NCBI GenBank assembly: GCA_037441705.1
Contig: JBBIRR010000028.1
Span: 1 to 55,009 of the forward strand
Reading direction: 5' to 3'
DNA: 55,009 nucleotides
Source: Ignavibacteriales bacterium
GTDB lineage: Bacteria; Bacteroidota; Ignavibacteria; UBA10030; UBA6906
In this document: positions 44,317 to 54,829 of the stretch, one piece after another
Position numbering within the stretch: the first letter of the stretch is position 1
Layout: every line of letters begins with the position of its first letter
Position numbers and translations under genes: made by a program
The notes under the pieces: model-generated
Database searches by the model: none
What the model saw: only the letters and a program-made list of their open reading frames with translations
Told to the model about the DNA's origin: nothing

Positions 44317-46961
44317 GGACTTGCGGCAAGCTCCTGCTCGGACACCTGTTTGATAGTGTGAAGAAGCTCGAGCCGAATTTCCTCGCGCCGGGCAGGCTCG
44401 GTAATGCGGTTGCCGTTGCGATCGAGGACGTAGAATGCATCGAGGATGCCGTCCACCCGCGTGGCGATCTTCGCGAAATAGATGTCGAGACCCAGCTTGG
44501 ACATGGCTTCGGTGATTCTGTACAGAAAGCCGAGCGCATCCGGTGCGTAGACGTCAATAATCGTGTAGCGCGGATGCTCTTCGAACTGCACATCCGTGCG
44601 GATGTTGGGGTTGTCGGGGCGCTTCGGCCGTCGCTTCCATTTCCGGCGGTGCGCCGCGAAGAGATGTTCGATATCCAACTTCCCTTCCATCACATCATTC
44701 AGATCACGAGCAATCTTCTGACACACACTTTCACGCAGCTCGGCCTTGGTTGCGGCATCGCTCACCCGAAACCGGTCAATGATGACGCCGTCCTCGCGTG
44801 TGAAGATATTGGCGTCGAAGATGTTTGCATCGTTGGCGGCAAGAACCGCGCAGAACTTGGAGAGGGCAAACGGTGCATCGTCGGCAATGACGGTGATTTC
44901 GGTGTACCCGCCCTGGTGCGAAAAGATCGTGGACACCGTTTCTGCCGTCTCGCTGTGGTGAATATGCTGCGCAATTTCCTCGTCGTTGAACAGGGCAACA
45001 TAGGCGTCGCTCTGGATGCCGTTGAGATGCTGGTGGATGCGTTCCCGTTCCAGCCTCTCGCTGAGGCGGTTGACAAGAACTTCCTTCGCTCGCTCGTGGC
45101 GCGCCTGTTTGAAGCGCTCGATTTGCTCGCCCTTCAAGTTGCGGTGCAGCACTTCCGCCGTAAGCTGGTACAACTCCTGCAAGAGTGAGGACTTCCACTC
45201 CGTCCACACACTCGTGTTCACCGCCGAAAGATCGGCGTAGGTGAGAAGGTAGAGATAGTCAAGCTGTTCGGGGCGTTCGAACTTTGCAGCAAACTCTCTG
45301 ATCGTTGCCGGATCATGGATATTGCGGCGAAAGGCGACCTGTTCCATTACCAGGTGATGACGAATGAGGAAGGCAACATCGGGAACGATGTCGCTCATGC
45401 CGAGACGATCGAGCATGGCATTCGCCACAGCAACGCCCGTGACTTCATGATCTGCCACGCCGAGCGGCTTTGCGATGTCGTGCAGGAGGATGGCCATATA
45501 CAGCACGTCCTTGCGCCGGAGGTTGCGAAACACGTCTCGCATCACCCCCTGTCGTTCGCGCAAGCGTTCGGCATTGGCCAGGGCGATCAGCGTGTGCTCA
45601 TCCGCGGTGAAGTAGTGATACACGTTGTGTTGAAAGAACGCGACGAGGTCGCCCCATTCCGGAAGATACGCCGCCAGCACATTCAGCTCATTCATGTCGT
45701 GCAATGTTGCGGCAACGCGGCGGGAGTGTATAATCCGGCGGAACATCAGCGCAAGCTCCGGCGAGCGGCGCTGCTCGTCATCGAACACGTCAAGGCTTTC
45801 GGCAATCACCCGTCGGAGCCGCGCATGCAGGTCCAGCTCGTACTCGGCGCAGAGCATGAACGCTTCGAGGATGTCGCGCGCCTGAGCAAACCGCTCCACA
45901 TGCGGGGCAATGGTGAGCGTCCCATCGACACGAGAGAATGTGTCCGTCAGGCGTTCGGCGCGGGAACTGAAGTGCCGTACCGGCTCGATCACTTCCTGGA
46001 AACGATGCGAGAGGTTCTGATAGAGGCGATGCAGAATGCGGGCATGCAGGTAATACTCACGCATGAAGACTTCTACAGAATGCAACTCGGCTTTGCGGCC
46101 AAATCCCAGGCCCTCCGCAACCTCACGCTGCAGCGCGTATTCCAATCCATCGCTGGCCACCTCGCGGCGGAAGTGCATTTCGTGCCGTGTGCGGAGAAGG
46201 AACTGCAGTGCCCGCTCGACGGCCGCGTGTTCGTGTTCGTCTATGATGCCGTGACGGGTCAATTCGACGAGGAACGCTGCCAGCGCCGCCTTGCCGCTCT
46301 CGAGCGGGAAGAGGTAATCCGGATCGTTGCCGCGATAGAGCCAGAAGAGTGCGTGAAGATCGCGCAAGCCCCCGGCGCTCTTCTTGATGTTCGGCTCCAA
46401 CAGCTTCACCGAGTTGCCAAAGCGTTCATGCCGCGCGCGCGCTTCCTCGAACACTCCTTCGATGAACCAGCGATCGGTTCCTTTCGCCACCTGCCGACGC
46501 ATCTCTGCGGCAAAGGCTTTTGCCAGTTCCTCGTTTCCGCAGACGAACCGACTCTCCAGCAGCGATGCCCACGATTCGATCGCCTTGCCTTGCTGCGCCA
46601 GCGCCTCTTTCACCGTGCGGACGCTGTGCCCGACGTTCAAGCCTGCATCCCACAGGACGTGCAGAACCTGCTTCGCCAACCCCTCCGCGACTTCTTTTCC
46701 TTCTCCATCATCTGCAAGAATCATCACGTCAACATCCGATCGGGGACAAAGTTCTGCGCGACCGTATCCTCCGAGGGCAAGCACGGCGATGCGGTGGCTC
46801 TGCGCAGCTACCGACTCGTAGGCGCGATGAACTGCTTCGTCCATCATCGCGGTGAGGGCAGCACACGTTGCCAGTCCTTGCGCGCCCGATGTATGTACGG
46901 CAGCGATTGCGGTTCGCCGAGAAGAGATGAATTCTTTGAGAGAGATCGTGGATTCGTGCAT
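44313..46961 (-). CDS. glnD: [Protein-PII] uridylyltransferase / uridylyl-removing enzyme
   Basis: ALGGYGR..L.PRSDVD, EPNIKKSAGGLRD, HD domain YHYFTADEH...LLHDIAK, two C-terminal ACT domains; start moved to ATG 46961. Confidence 0.96.
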   Translation of the reverse strand: MHESTISLKEFISSRRTAIAAVHTSGAQGLATCAALTAMMDEAVHRAYESVAAQSHRIAVLALGGYGRAELCPRSDVDVMILADDGEGKEVAEGLAKQVLHVLWDAGLNVGHSVRTVKEALAQQGKAIESWASLLESRFVCGNEELAKAFAAEMRRQVAKGTDRWFIEGVFEEARARHERFGNSVKLLEPNIKKSAGGLRDLHALFWLYRGNDPDYLFPLESGKAALAAFLVELTRHGIIDEHEHAAVERALQFLLRTRHEMHFRREVASDGLEYALQREVAEGLGFGRKAELHSVEVFMREYYLHARILHRLYQNLSHRFQEVIEPVRHFSSRAERLTDTFSRVDGTLTIAPHVERFAQARDILEAFMLCAEYELDLHARLRRVIAESLDVFDDEQRRSPELALMFRRIIHSRRVAATLHDMNELNVLAAYLPEWGDLVAFFQHNVYHYFTADEHTLIALANAERLRERQGVMRDVFRNLRRKDVLYMAILLHDIAKPLGVADHEVTGVAVANAMLDRLGMSDIVPDVAFLIRHHLVMEQVAFRRNIHDPATIREFAAKFERPEQLDYLYLLTYADLSAVNTSVWTEWKSSLLQELYQLTAEVLHRNLKGEQIERFKQARHERAKEVLVNRLSERLERERIHQHLNGIQSDAYVALFNDEEIAQHIHHSETAETVSTIFSHQGGYTEITVIADDAPFALSKFCAVLAANDANIFDANIFTREDGVIIDRFRVSDAATKAELRESVCQKIARDLNDVMEGKLDIEHLFAAHRRKWKRRPKRPDNPNIRTDVQFEEHPRYTIIDVYAPDALGFLYRITEAMSKLGLDIYFAKIATRVDGILDAFYVLDRNGNRITEPARREEIRLELLHTIKQVSEQELAASP

Positions 46962-47021
46962 GTGTGAATATACTGAGAGAGGAGGGAAATTCAAAAGCGG
47001 CGGCGCAACGAAGGACCCGCC

Positions 47022-49085
47022 TCAGTCCAATCCCATCCGCTTCACGAGAGAGACAAACCGCGGATGGAAGCGAATGCCGTCGAACGCCGGGTCCACCTTC
47101 ACCATCACCATCGAGCCATCATGCTCGGCGAATGCCTTTTCGAGCCACGCCAAGGCTTCATCGTTCTCGCCCAACCCTACTGCAACAACAGCCCGCCAGT
47201 ATGGCGGCACATACCGCTCCGCTGATATCTCATCGAGAATCTCCACCATCATCAACGCATCTTCCTTCCTTCCCGCGCGTGCGTAAGCATTTCCGAGTGC
47301 GGCAATGGGCACAGGATGGCGCAGCGCAGCAAGACTCATCCCCGCGGTGACATGCTGAAACGCAGCAATGGCTTCCCTGTACATTCCTTTCTGAACGAAT
47401 GCGCCTCCGAGCGGAATGTTGGCCACCACAAATGTCGGATCCATCTCTACCGTTTTCGTAAACTGACGAATGGCCTCGTCGTATCTTCGTGCAAAGTACA
47501 ATGTCAGACCGACGTCGGCATTGATCACCGGCGAAAGCGGGTCGAGATCAAGCGCCTCTTGCCGTACGTCCGTCGCCTGCCGAAACCGTCCCATAACCGT
47601 CAGCAGGTACGCATACCAGCTTCGCGCGGTGGCGTAGTTGGGGTTGAGGTCCATCGCCTGCCGTAACTCCCGTTCGGCCGTTGGCCAATCCCAATCATAA
47701 TTCATGATGGCAAAGCCGAGCGACGCGTGGGCTTCGGCAAGCGTACTATCGAGCAATATGGCTTTCGTTGCGGCTGCCTTCGCCTCCGGATACGTTTGTT
47801 GAGGGGGATCGAGATTGTAATTGCCGAGGATTGTATAGGAATCTGCAAGACCGGCATAGGCAAGCGCGTAGGTGGAATCGCGCGCGATGGCTTCTTTGAA
47901 ATGCTGAATTCCTCGGTTCAGCTTGTCAGGAAGACGCTTGTTCCAGTAATACCGACCCTTCAAGTACAGATCGTACGCTTCGAGATTCTCGGTGGGTTTT
48001 CGTTCGAGACGATCTTTTTCCGTGGGTGAGATGGTCGCTTCGAGGGCTTTTGCGATTTTGATCGCAACATCCGTCTGGATAGCAAAGATGTGTGTCAGCA
48101 CACCGTCGTACTGTTCCGTCCAGAGATGTTGGTCATTGCTTGTGTTGATCAACTGAGCCAGAATCCGAACCCGATTGCCCACTTTGCGGACACTTCCTTC
48201 GAGGACGCTGGCAACATGTAGCTCTTCTCCGATCTCGCGTACACTTTTCTGACGATTCTTGTACTGCATGATCGAGGTTCGCGAGGTGACCCGCAGCGCG
48301 CGAATCTTCGAGAGCTGTCCGATCACCTCATCAGTCATACCATCGCTAAAGTACTCGCCTTCATTGTCGCCGCTGATGTTTTTGAAAGGCAGCACGGCGA
48401 TCGAATTGCTCTCGGTTGGCCCGCGAACAAACGGAACAAGCACAAGGGCGGCGACAGCAATCCCCATTCCGAGTGCAAGCCCTGCGTACACGGGTCGTTT
48501 CTTTTGTTTGAGAAAGAACGAGAGACGCTCGGCACGTGCCGAACTCTTGCGCTCCCATGGCATGACCACGCGGTAGATGCCGACGGGAAGCTGGATGTTC
48601 TTCAGCTCGCCTCTCCCTAGGCGGACCAGCGACAGCTCGATCTTGTTTTCGATCTGACGAGCAAGATCTTCCGACAGACAGATGCCCCCTGTCGGTGCGA
48701 AGGGCTCAATCCGCGCGGCAATGTTGACGCCATCGCCATGCACATGCTTGCGCCGATGGACAACATCGCCGACATGCAAACCAATCCGGAGAAGAATGTG
48801 ACGTGCCGCTGCGGTCCGGAGATTTCGTTCATGCAGCCGCGTCTGAATCTCAACGGCACACCGCACCGCATGCAGGGCACTTGCAAACTCGACAAAGAAG
48901 GCGTCGCCCGCCGTTTCAATTTCCTTCCCACCAAATTGAGGAAAGAGGGGTCGCAGAATGCGTTTTTGTTCCTCGAGCAACTCCAGCGCAAGCGCTTCGT
49001 CCTTCTGCGCTAACGCACTGTAGCCAACCATGTCCGTGAACATGATGGCGGCAAGTCGGCGGACGTCTCGTGCGCTGTCAGACAT
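47022..49085 (-). CDS. Class III nucleotide cyclase - TM - TolB-like - TPR protein (paralog 1)
   Basis: AIMFTDMVGYS, IETAGD, RIGLHVGDV, HVHGDGVNIAAR; TM helix; SIAVLPF.N...YFSDG; TPR repeats. Confidence 0.9.
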   Translation of the reverse strand: MSDSARDVRRLAAIMFTDMVGYSALAQKDEALALELLEEQKRILRPLFPQFGGKEIETAGDAFFVEFASALHAVRCAVEIQTRLHERNLRTAAARHILLRIGLHVGDVVHRRKHVHGDGVNIAARIEPFAPTGGICLSEDLARQIENKIELSLVRLGRGELKNIQLPVGIYRVVMPWERKSSARAERLSFFLKQKKRPVYAGLALGMGIAVAALVLVPFVRGPTESNSIAVLPFKNISGDNEGEYFSDGMTDEVIGQLSKIRALRVTSRTSIMQYKNRQKSVREIGEELHVASVLEGSVRKVGNRVRILAQLINTSNDQHLWTEQYDGVLTHIFAIQTDVAIKIAKALEATISPTEKDRLERKPTENLEAYDLYLKGRYYWNKRLPDKLNRGIQHFKEAIARDSTYALAYAGLADSYTILGNYNLDPPQQTYPEAKAAATKAILLDSTLAEAHASLGFAIMNYDWDWPTAERELRQAMDLNPNYATARSWYAYLLTVMGRFRQATDVRQEALDLDPLSPVINADVGLTLYFARRYDEAIRQFTKTVEMDPTFVVANIPLGGAFVQKGMYREAIAAFQHVTAGMSLAALRHPVPIAALGNAYARAGRKEDALMMVEILDEISAERYVPPYWRAVVAVGLGENDEALAWLEKAFAEHDGSMVMVKVDPAFDGIRFHPRFVSLVKRMGLD

Positions 49086-49103
49086 ACCTTTTGTCTTGTA
49101 TGA

Positions 49104-51197
49104 TCATCTGCCGCGGTTCCCTTCGCTGGCGAGCGACGCATCGCTCAACCCCATACGATTCAGGAGTGAAGTAAATCTCTTGTCCGAACGAAGCGGGTCG
49201 AAGACCGGATCGGCTTTCAGAAACACCATCGAAGCGTCGCGATCGGTATACGCACGTTCGAGCCACTTCAGCGCTTCATCGGAATTACCCATGCCCATGG
49301 CGACGACGGCTCGGGAGTAGGGCGAGACATACCGGTTGGTTGTTGCAAGCCGATCAAGTTTCTGCACGGTTTGCAAGGCCTCGGTCGGTCGGCCGGCAAC
49401 GGCGTAGGCATGGGCAAGGGCCGCCAGCGGAAGCGCCTGTCGAAGGGGCGTACCTGATGCAACTTGCTGCAACACGTCAATGGCTTCCGTGTACATCTGC
49501 TTCTGGAGGTATGCGGCGCTCAACGGAATGCGCGCCAGCAGGACCATCGAATCGAGTTGCAACGCTTTCTTGAATTCCGCAATCGCCTCGTCGTACTTGC
49601 GCGAGAAGTAAAGAATGAGACCGCCTTCGCTGTTGACGGTCGGTGAAAGAGGATCGAGCCGGACGGCCTGTCGGTGCACGGTGTGGGCCTCGTCGTAGCG
49701 GCCCAGCACCGTCAGCAGATAGGCGTACGATACCCACGCCGGTGCATAGCTGGGATTGATTTGAATGGCGCGCTCAAGCTCGCGCTGCGCCGTCGCCCAA
49801 TCCCAATCGTAGTTGAGCGCAGCAAGTCCCAGCAACGCGCGAGCCTCGGCGAGCGTGCTGTCGAGCGTCAACGCCTTCTGCGCAGCTTCCTTCACGAGCG
49901 GATAGGTCTCGCGCGGAGAGAGAATGTTCATGTCTTCCAGCCGCGCGTAGGATTCCGCCAGCCCGGTATAGGCAAGTGCAAAGGTCGAGTCGAGGGCGAT
50001 GGCTTGCTTGAAGAACTCGATGCCCTTCTGCACATCTTCCGGCAGACGTTGATTCCAGAAGTAGCGCCCTTTCAGATACAGATCGTAAGCTGCGCGATCG
50101 GCTGTTGGCTGCCGCGCCAATCTGGCTTGCTCTTCGGAGGAGATGTTCGCTTCCAGCGACGTGGCAATTTTTTTTGCAATATCGGATTGAAACGCGAAGA
50201 TATCCGTCATAACGCCGTCGTACTGTTCGGTCCAGAGATGGCGGTCATCGGCGGCGTCGATCAGTTGCACGAGGATGCGCACGCGAAGAGAGTCACGTCG
50301 CACGCTGCCTTCCAGGATATGAGCCACCCGCAGCTCGTTGGCAATCTCGCCCACGTTCTTCGGCTTGTTCTTGTACTGCATGATGGAGGTTCGTGAGGTC
50401 ACACGAAGGGCATGCAGTTTCGACAACTGTCCGATCACTTCCTCCGTAAGCCCGTCCGCAAAGTATTCGGACTCGCCGGCAGGAGAGAGATTTTTGAAGG
50501 GAAGGACGGCAATGGAGTTAGGCTCGGGCGGCGCATGCAGGAGTGATGGCACGACGAGCAAGGCAAGAACGAAGATCACGACGATTGCCAGCGTACTATA
50601 CGCTCTTCGTCTTGCCCGCCGGAGCAGAAACCGAACCCGGTCGATCGCAGCAGCGGTTCTGGTTTCCCATGGGAGTACGATGCGAAAGATGCGCACCGGC
50701 AGACTGATGTTCTTCAACTCCCCCTTGCCGAGCTTGGCCAACGGCAGGCCGAGTTTGTTTTCGATCTGGCGCGCAACATCTTCCGACACACATATACCGC
50801 CCGGTCGGGCACAAGGCTCGATGCGAGCTGCGATGTTCACGCCATCTCCGTGCACGTGCCTGTCGAGATGAACAACATCGCCAAGATGAAGTCCTATCCG
50901 AAGCAGGATGCGTCGTTCGGGCGAGACCTCGGCGTTTCGTTCACGAAGGAGTTTCTGAATCTCCACGGCACATCGCGCAGCATCGAGGGCGCTGGCAAAC
51001 TCCACAAAGAAGGAATCGCCCGCGGTTTCGATCTCCTCGCCGTTGAACTGTGGGAAGAGCGGCCGCAGCAATCGCCGGTGTTCCTCCAGAAGGTCAAGCG
51101 CAAGCGTTTCATCCGTCTGCGCGAGAGCGCTATAGCCAACCATGTCGGTGAACATGATGGCGGCAAGCTTGCGAGCGCGGGAAGCTTCTTCCATCAT
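49104..51197 (-). CDS. Class III nucleotide cyclase - TM - TolB-like - TPR protein (paralog 2)
   Basis: Same architecture and motifs as paralog 1 (AIMFTDMVGYS, IETAGD, HVHGDGVNIAAR); start moved to about 51197. Confidence 0.9.
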   Translation of the reverse strand: MMEEASRARKLAAIMFTDMVGYSALAQTDETLALDLLEEHRRLLRPLFPQFNGEEIETAGDSFFVEFASALDAARCAVEIQKLLRERNAEVSPERRILLRIGLHLGDVVHLDRHVHGDGVNIAARIEPCARPGGICVSEDVARQIENKLGLPLAKLGKGELKNISLPVRIFRIVLPWETRTAAAIDRVRFLLRRARRRAYSTLAIVVIFVLALLVVPSLLHAPPEPNSIAVLPFKNLSPAGESEYFADGLTEEVIGQLSKLHALRVTSRTSIMQYKNKPKNVGEIANELRVAHILEGSVRRDSLRVRILVQLIDAADDRHLWTEQYDGVMTDIFAFQSDIAKKIATSLEANISSEEQARLARQPTADRAAYDLYLKGRYFWNQRLPEDVQKGIEFFKQAIALDSTFALAYTGLAESYARLEDMNILSPRETYPLVKEAAQKALTLDSTLAEARALLGLAALNYDWDWATAQRELERAIQINPSYAPAWVSYAYLLTVLGRYDEAHTVHRQAVRLDPLSPTVNSEGGLILYFSRKYDEAIAEFKKALQLDSMVLLARIPLSAAYLQKQMYTEAIDVLQQVASGTPLRQALPLAALAHAYAVAGRPTEALQTVQKLDRLATTNRYVSPYSRAVVAMGMGNSDEALKWLERAYTDRDASMVFLKADPVFDPLRSDKRFTSLLNRMGLSDASLASEGNRGR

Positions 51198-51275
51198 GAG
51201 TACATCTCCCGTTACAGTGACGACAATTGCGTGGTGCACTCCGGCGTTCTCACCGCCGACGGGGTGGGAACATCT

Positions 51276-52565
51276 TCAGGGAGAGTGCTTGTACACTCTT
51301 CCATCTTTCATCACGAACGACACATGTTCAAGAACGGAGATATCATCAAGCGGATTGCCTTTGACGGCAACGATATCGGCAAAGGCACCGGGCGTAATTT
51401 CGCCAATCAGGCCCTTCATGTCAAGCAGCTCCGCTGCCACGGTGGTTGCCGATTTGATGGCCTGCATGGGACTCATCCCCCATTTCACCATGTATGAAAA
51501 CTCCTTGGCTTGATTTTCCGTCCATGCGAAGCCGCCTGCATCGGTCCCGAACGCTATTTTCACACCCGCTTTAACAGCTTTGCTGAAGGTGATGGGCAGG
51601 ATGTCGTTGAAGGCTTTGTTCATGGGATTGCCGGCAGCAGCTCGCCCTTCTGCAACCCAGATGTTGACGTAGATGGTCGGACACCAGTACACTCCCTTCT
51701 GGACCAACAGGCGGATGCACTCGTCATCCATCGCGAAGCCGTGTTCGATGGATGCGGCGCCGGCGTTGACCGCGTAGATCACTCCGTCGCGCGTCACGGC
51801 ATGAGCGGCAAACCGCTTGCGGGAGATGCGCGTCTCTTCGGCGATGGCGTTGATTTCTTCGTGCGAGAAGTTCGGAATGCTGCGGAAGGTTCCGTCAGGA
51901 AGGCGGTAGTAGCCGCGGTCGGCGTAGATTTTTATCCAGTCGGCGCCGTAGGAAAGCTGTTCTCGAACGGCACGGCGCGCTTCATCGGGGCCGGTAATTT
52001 CCTGCACGCCTTTGGGCATACGCAGTTCCCATGCGTACGCACGATTGCTGAGCAGGTAGTGTCCCGTCGTGTTGATGGCGCGCGTGGAAACAAACAGCCG
52101 CGGCCCTTCGATGATACCGTTGTTGATGGCTTTCTTCAGATCAACGTCCGCGTACATCGCGCCTTCGCTTTCCACATCACGCAGCGTTGTGAAGCCGTTC
52201 AGCAGCGCCGTTCTGCATGCGGCGGCGCCGCGCAAGGTTCGGTACGGAAGGGACTCCTTCAAGATCTGCTCGGCGTAATCCTCCTCGGTGATGTCTCCCT
52301 GCAGCAAGACATGCGTGTGGCAGTCGATGAGTCCGGGGAGAACCGTCGCATCGGACAGATCAATCACCTTCGCTCCGTCGGGAATCTGAACGCGCTGCCC
52401 GACCTGCCGAATGATGTTGCCTTCGATCAGCACAACGGCGTTGTCTATCGGCTTGTCGGATTTTCCGTCAATGAGTCTGCCGCAGGTGATGGCAGTAATG
52501 TGCTGCTGTCCCCATGCAATGGAAAGACCAAGCAGGCTCAGCAGGCTCAAGCAAAAGAGTTTCAT
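51276..52565 (-). CDS. Exported amidohydrolase (Xaa-Pro dipeptidase/prolidase-like subgroup)
   Basis: Signal peptide; PGLIDCHTH, GFTTLRD, GADWIK, AAHA, SIEHG and FGTDAG motifs. Confidence 0.9.
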   Translation of the reverse strand: MKLFCLSLLSLLGLSIAWGQQHITAITCGRLIDGKSDKPIDNAVVLIEGNIIRQVGQRVQIPDGAKVIDLSDATVLPGLIDCHTHVLLQGDITEEDYAEQILKESLPYRTLRGAAACRTALLNGFTTLRDVESEGAMYADVDLKKAINNGIIEGPRLFVSTRAINTTGHYLLSNRAYAWELRMPKGVQEITGPDEARRAVREQLSYGADWIKIYADRGYYRLPDGTFRSIPNFSHEEINAIAEETRISRKRFAAHAVTRDGVIYAVNAGAASIEHGFAMDDECIRLLVQKGVYWCPTIYVNIWVAEGRAAAGNPMNKAFNDILPITFSKAVKAGVKIAFGTDAGGFAWTENQAKEFSYMVKWGMSPMQAIKSATTVAAELLDMKGLIGEITPGAFADIVAVKGNPLDDISVLEHVSFVMKDGRVYKHSP

Positions 52566-52612
52566 GGCAATTCCTCATCAAAAAAATCAACAAAACACAG
52601 GATACCGAGGAT

Positions 52613-54829
52613 TCAGTTCGCCGCCCTCGTGACATCTGCCGTTATGGCGTCAAGCAATCGAGCAACATCATCGAGAACTTTCCCGGCACGCACAATTTCT
52701 TGTTCGGCTTCCTTCCACTTCTTCTGTTCAATCGCTTCGCGCACACCCGGAATGGTTTTTACTCCGTAGCCCGTGTACAGTCCCGGAGCGTAAATGAGAT
52801 GCTTGAACCACGGCCGGTTCGGCAAGCCAGCATCGTCTGTGAGATATCGCTCGCTCCGGATGAGATTCTTGTTAATCAACGCAGTCTTCGATGTCGTAGA
52901 AGAGCGGGCCTGGTCGAGCGCCTCTTTCAATCGCTTCGCCGACTCGGTCAGATGTGCCGAGCCGTTCTCCAGCGGGGCAAAGTTGAGAAACGGCGGCACG
53001 GGCTCTTTTGCCGGTGGCAACGTTGGACGGCGAGGATCCGAAGTTGCGGCAAACACGCCGTCATCGAGCTGACGGTTGCGTTCGATGATCTCGTCCCGCT
53101 TCTCCTGCGATAGCTTCTTCAGCTCATCAACATATTGAGCAAACGTGGCTGCCTGTCGTGTGAACTCGAACGGCAAAAGCTCGGCATCGGCGACACGCAT
53201 CACCGCGGTACCGGCAGTTTGTGCGAGCGCCCTGCCGTAGAGGAAGCTCGTGTCTGAAAACGTCGTGTACCAGTAATAATCATCATAGATGGAATGATAG
53301 ATTCCATCGCGGTCTTCGCCGCCGAAACCGAGGTTGAGCGACGCGATGCCGAGATGTTCGAGAAACGGCGTATAGTCGGAGCCGGAGCCGAGGGCATCAA
53401 TCTTCATGGTGGAGGAGCTGCGAAGCTCGGCGCGGACTTCGCGCGCCGCGTTCTTGATGCGCAAGAGGTGCAGCCGCTTCCACACGGAAAGGTTTGTTTC
53501 GGGATCGGTGATTTCCTTTGCAACCTCGTTGATGAACTGCTCCAGCGAGTGCGAACCACCCATGGAAAGATAGCCTCGTCCGTTGGAGTCGGAGTTGATG
53601 TACAGGACGGCCTTGGAGCGAAGCTCGTCTGCGTGCGCCTCCACCCATTCCGTCGAACCGAGCAGACCCTGTTCCTCGCCGTCCCACGCGCAGAACACGA
53701 TCGTTCGCTTCGGCCGCCAGCCCTGCTTCAGCAGCATGCCCATCGCCCGCGCCTCTTCAAGCATAGGCGCGAGACCCGAGATCGGGTCCTCCGCCCCATT
53801 CACCCACGCATCATGATGATTGCCGCGAATGACCCACTCATCGGGATAGGCCGAGCCTTTGAGTCGCGCAACGACGTTGTGAATCTTCACCAAATCCCAA
53901 TTGCACTTCACCTTCAAATGTACTCTTGCGGGCCCAGGTCCGACCTTGTAGGTGAGGGGCAGCGCGCCGCGCCAGCTTTCGGGTACGACCGGACCTCCAA
54001 GCGCCTCAAGCAGCGGCTTTGCGTCTGCATACGAGATGGGAAGCGTCGGGATTTTGGTGAACGTCTGAACGTCGGCGAGCGCCAGGCGCTTTGCCTGCGG
54101 CGTTGCCGGAACGCCCGGCGTTAGCGGGTCGCCGGAGTGGATGGGCATGTCCATCACGCTGCCGCGCTGCACACCGAACTCCGGACGAAACGGCCCCTTG
54201 GGAAAGACATCGCCCTGATAATAGCCGTCATTCTTCGGATCGGAGTAGATAAGGCAGCCCACCGCGCCGTACTCGGCCGCCACCTTTGGTTTGATGCCGC
54301 GCCACGAAGCACCGTACCGCGCAATCACGATGCACCCCTGAACGGAAACGCCCATCCGCTCGAGCTGCTCATAGTCTTCGGGGATGCCGTAGTTCACGTA
54401 GACAAGCGGAGCCGTCACCTCACCGTCTATCGAGAAGGCGTTGTACGTCGGCAGGTGTTCATCCTGCAATTGTGAGTACGGATCTTCCGCAAGCGGCGGC
54501 TCACGCAGCGACGCGACGAATCGTGTCGGCGCGACCAGCTCCAGCACTCGCTCCTTCGGAGTTGGAAACAGCACATCGAACGACTCGATCGTCGCCTCCC
54601 ATCCCCACTCTTTGAAGCGTGCGAGCATCCATTCGGCATTCTGCTTTCCGTACGCGGAGCCGATATGATGCGGCCGGGCCGAGAGCAGCTTCATGTATTC
54701 ACGAATGCGGCCAGGCTCGGGAATCGCGCGGAATTTCTCCTCCCAAACCCTTCCTTCGGGTTGAGCCGTTGTCCAATAAAGAGGTATGATGAGAAAGAAG
54801 AGGACAAAACGAATACTGGGCGATGCCAT
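52613..54829 (-). CDS. M28 glutamate carboxypeptidase II-like peptidase (PA + TfR dimerisation domains), exported
   Basis: Signal peptide; VYVNYG, GNHHDAW..GAEDP, WDGEEQGLLGSTEW, GSGSDY, YHSIYD and RPWFKHLIYAPG motifs. Confidence 0.92.
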   Translation of the reverse strand: MASPSIRFVLFFLIIPLYWTTAQPEGRVWEEKFRAIPEPGRIREYMKLLSARPHHIGSAYGKQNAEWMLARFKEWGWEATIESFDVLFPTPKERVLELVAPTRFVASLREPPLAEDPYSQLQDEHLPTYNAFSIDGEVTAPLVYVNYGIPEDYEQLERMGVSVQGCIVIARYGASWRGIKPKVAAEYGAVGCLIYSDPKNDGYYQGDVFPKGPFRPEFGVQRGSVMDMPIHSGDPLTPGVPATPQAKRLALADVQTFTKIPTLPISYADAKPLLEALGGPVVPESWRGALPLTYKVGPGPARVHLKVKCNWDLVKIHNVVARLKGSAYPDEWVIRGNHHDAWVNGAEDPISGLAPMLEEARAMGMLLKQGWRPKRTIVFCAWDGEEQGLLGSTEWVEAHADELRSKAVLYINSDSNGRGYLSMGGSHSLEQFINEVAKEITDPETNLSVWKRLHLLRIKNAAREVRAELRSSSTMKIDALGSGSDYTPFLEHLGIASLNLGFGGEDRDGIYHSIYDDYYWYTTFSDTSFLYGRALAQTAGTAVMRVADAELLPFEFTRQAATFAQYVDELKKLSQEKRDEIIERNRQLDDGVFAATSDPRRPTLPPAKEPVPPFLNFAPLENGSAHLTESAKRLKEALDQARSSTTSKTALINKNLIRSERYLTDDAGLPNRPWFKHLIYAPGLYTGYGVKTIPGVREAIEQKKWKEAEQEIVRAGKVLDDVARLLDAITADVTRAAN

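Noticed and set aside
30828-51197. A complete Pycsar defence system made of the DUF5706 effector and the class III cyclases
   Set aside because: The genes are 15 kb apart, the cyclases have TM-TolB-TPR rather than PycC architecture, and there is no defence-island context; kept only as a speculative link.
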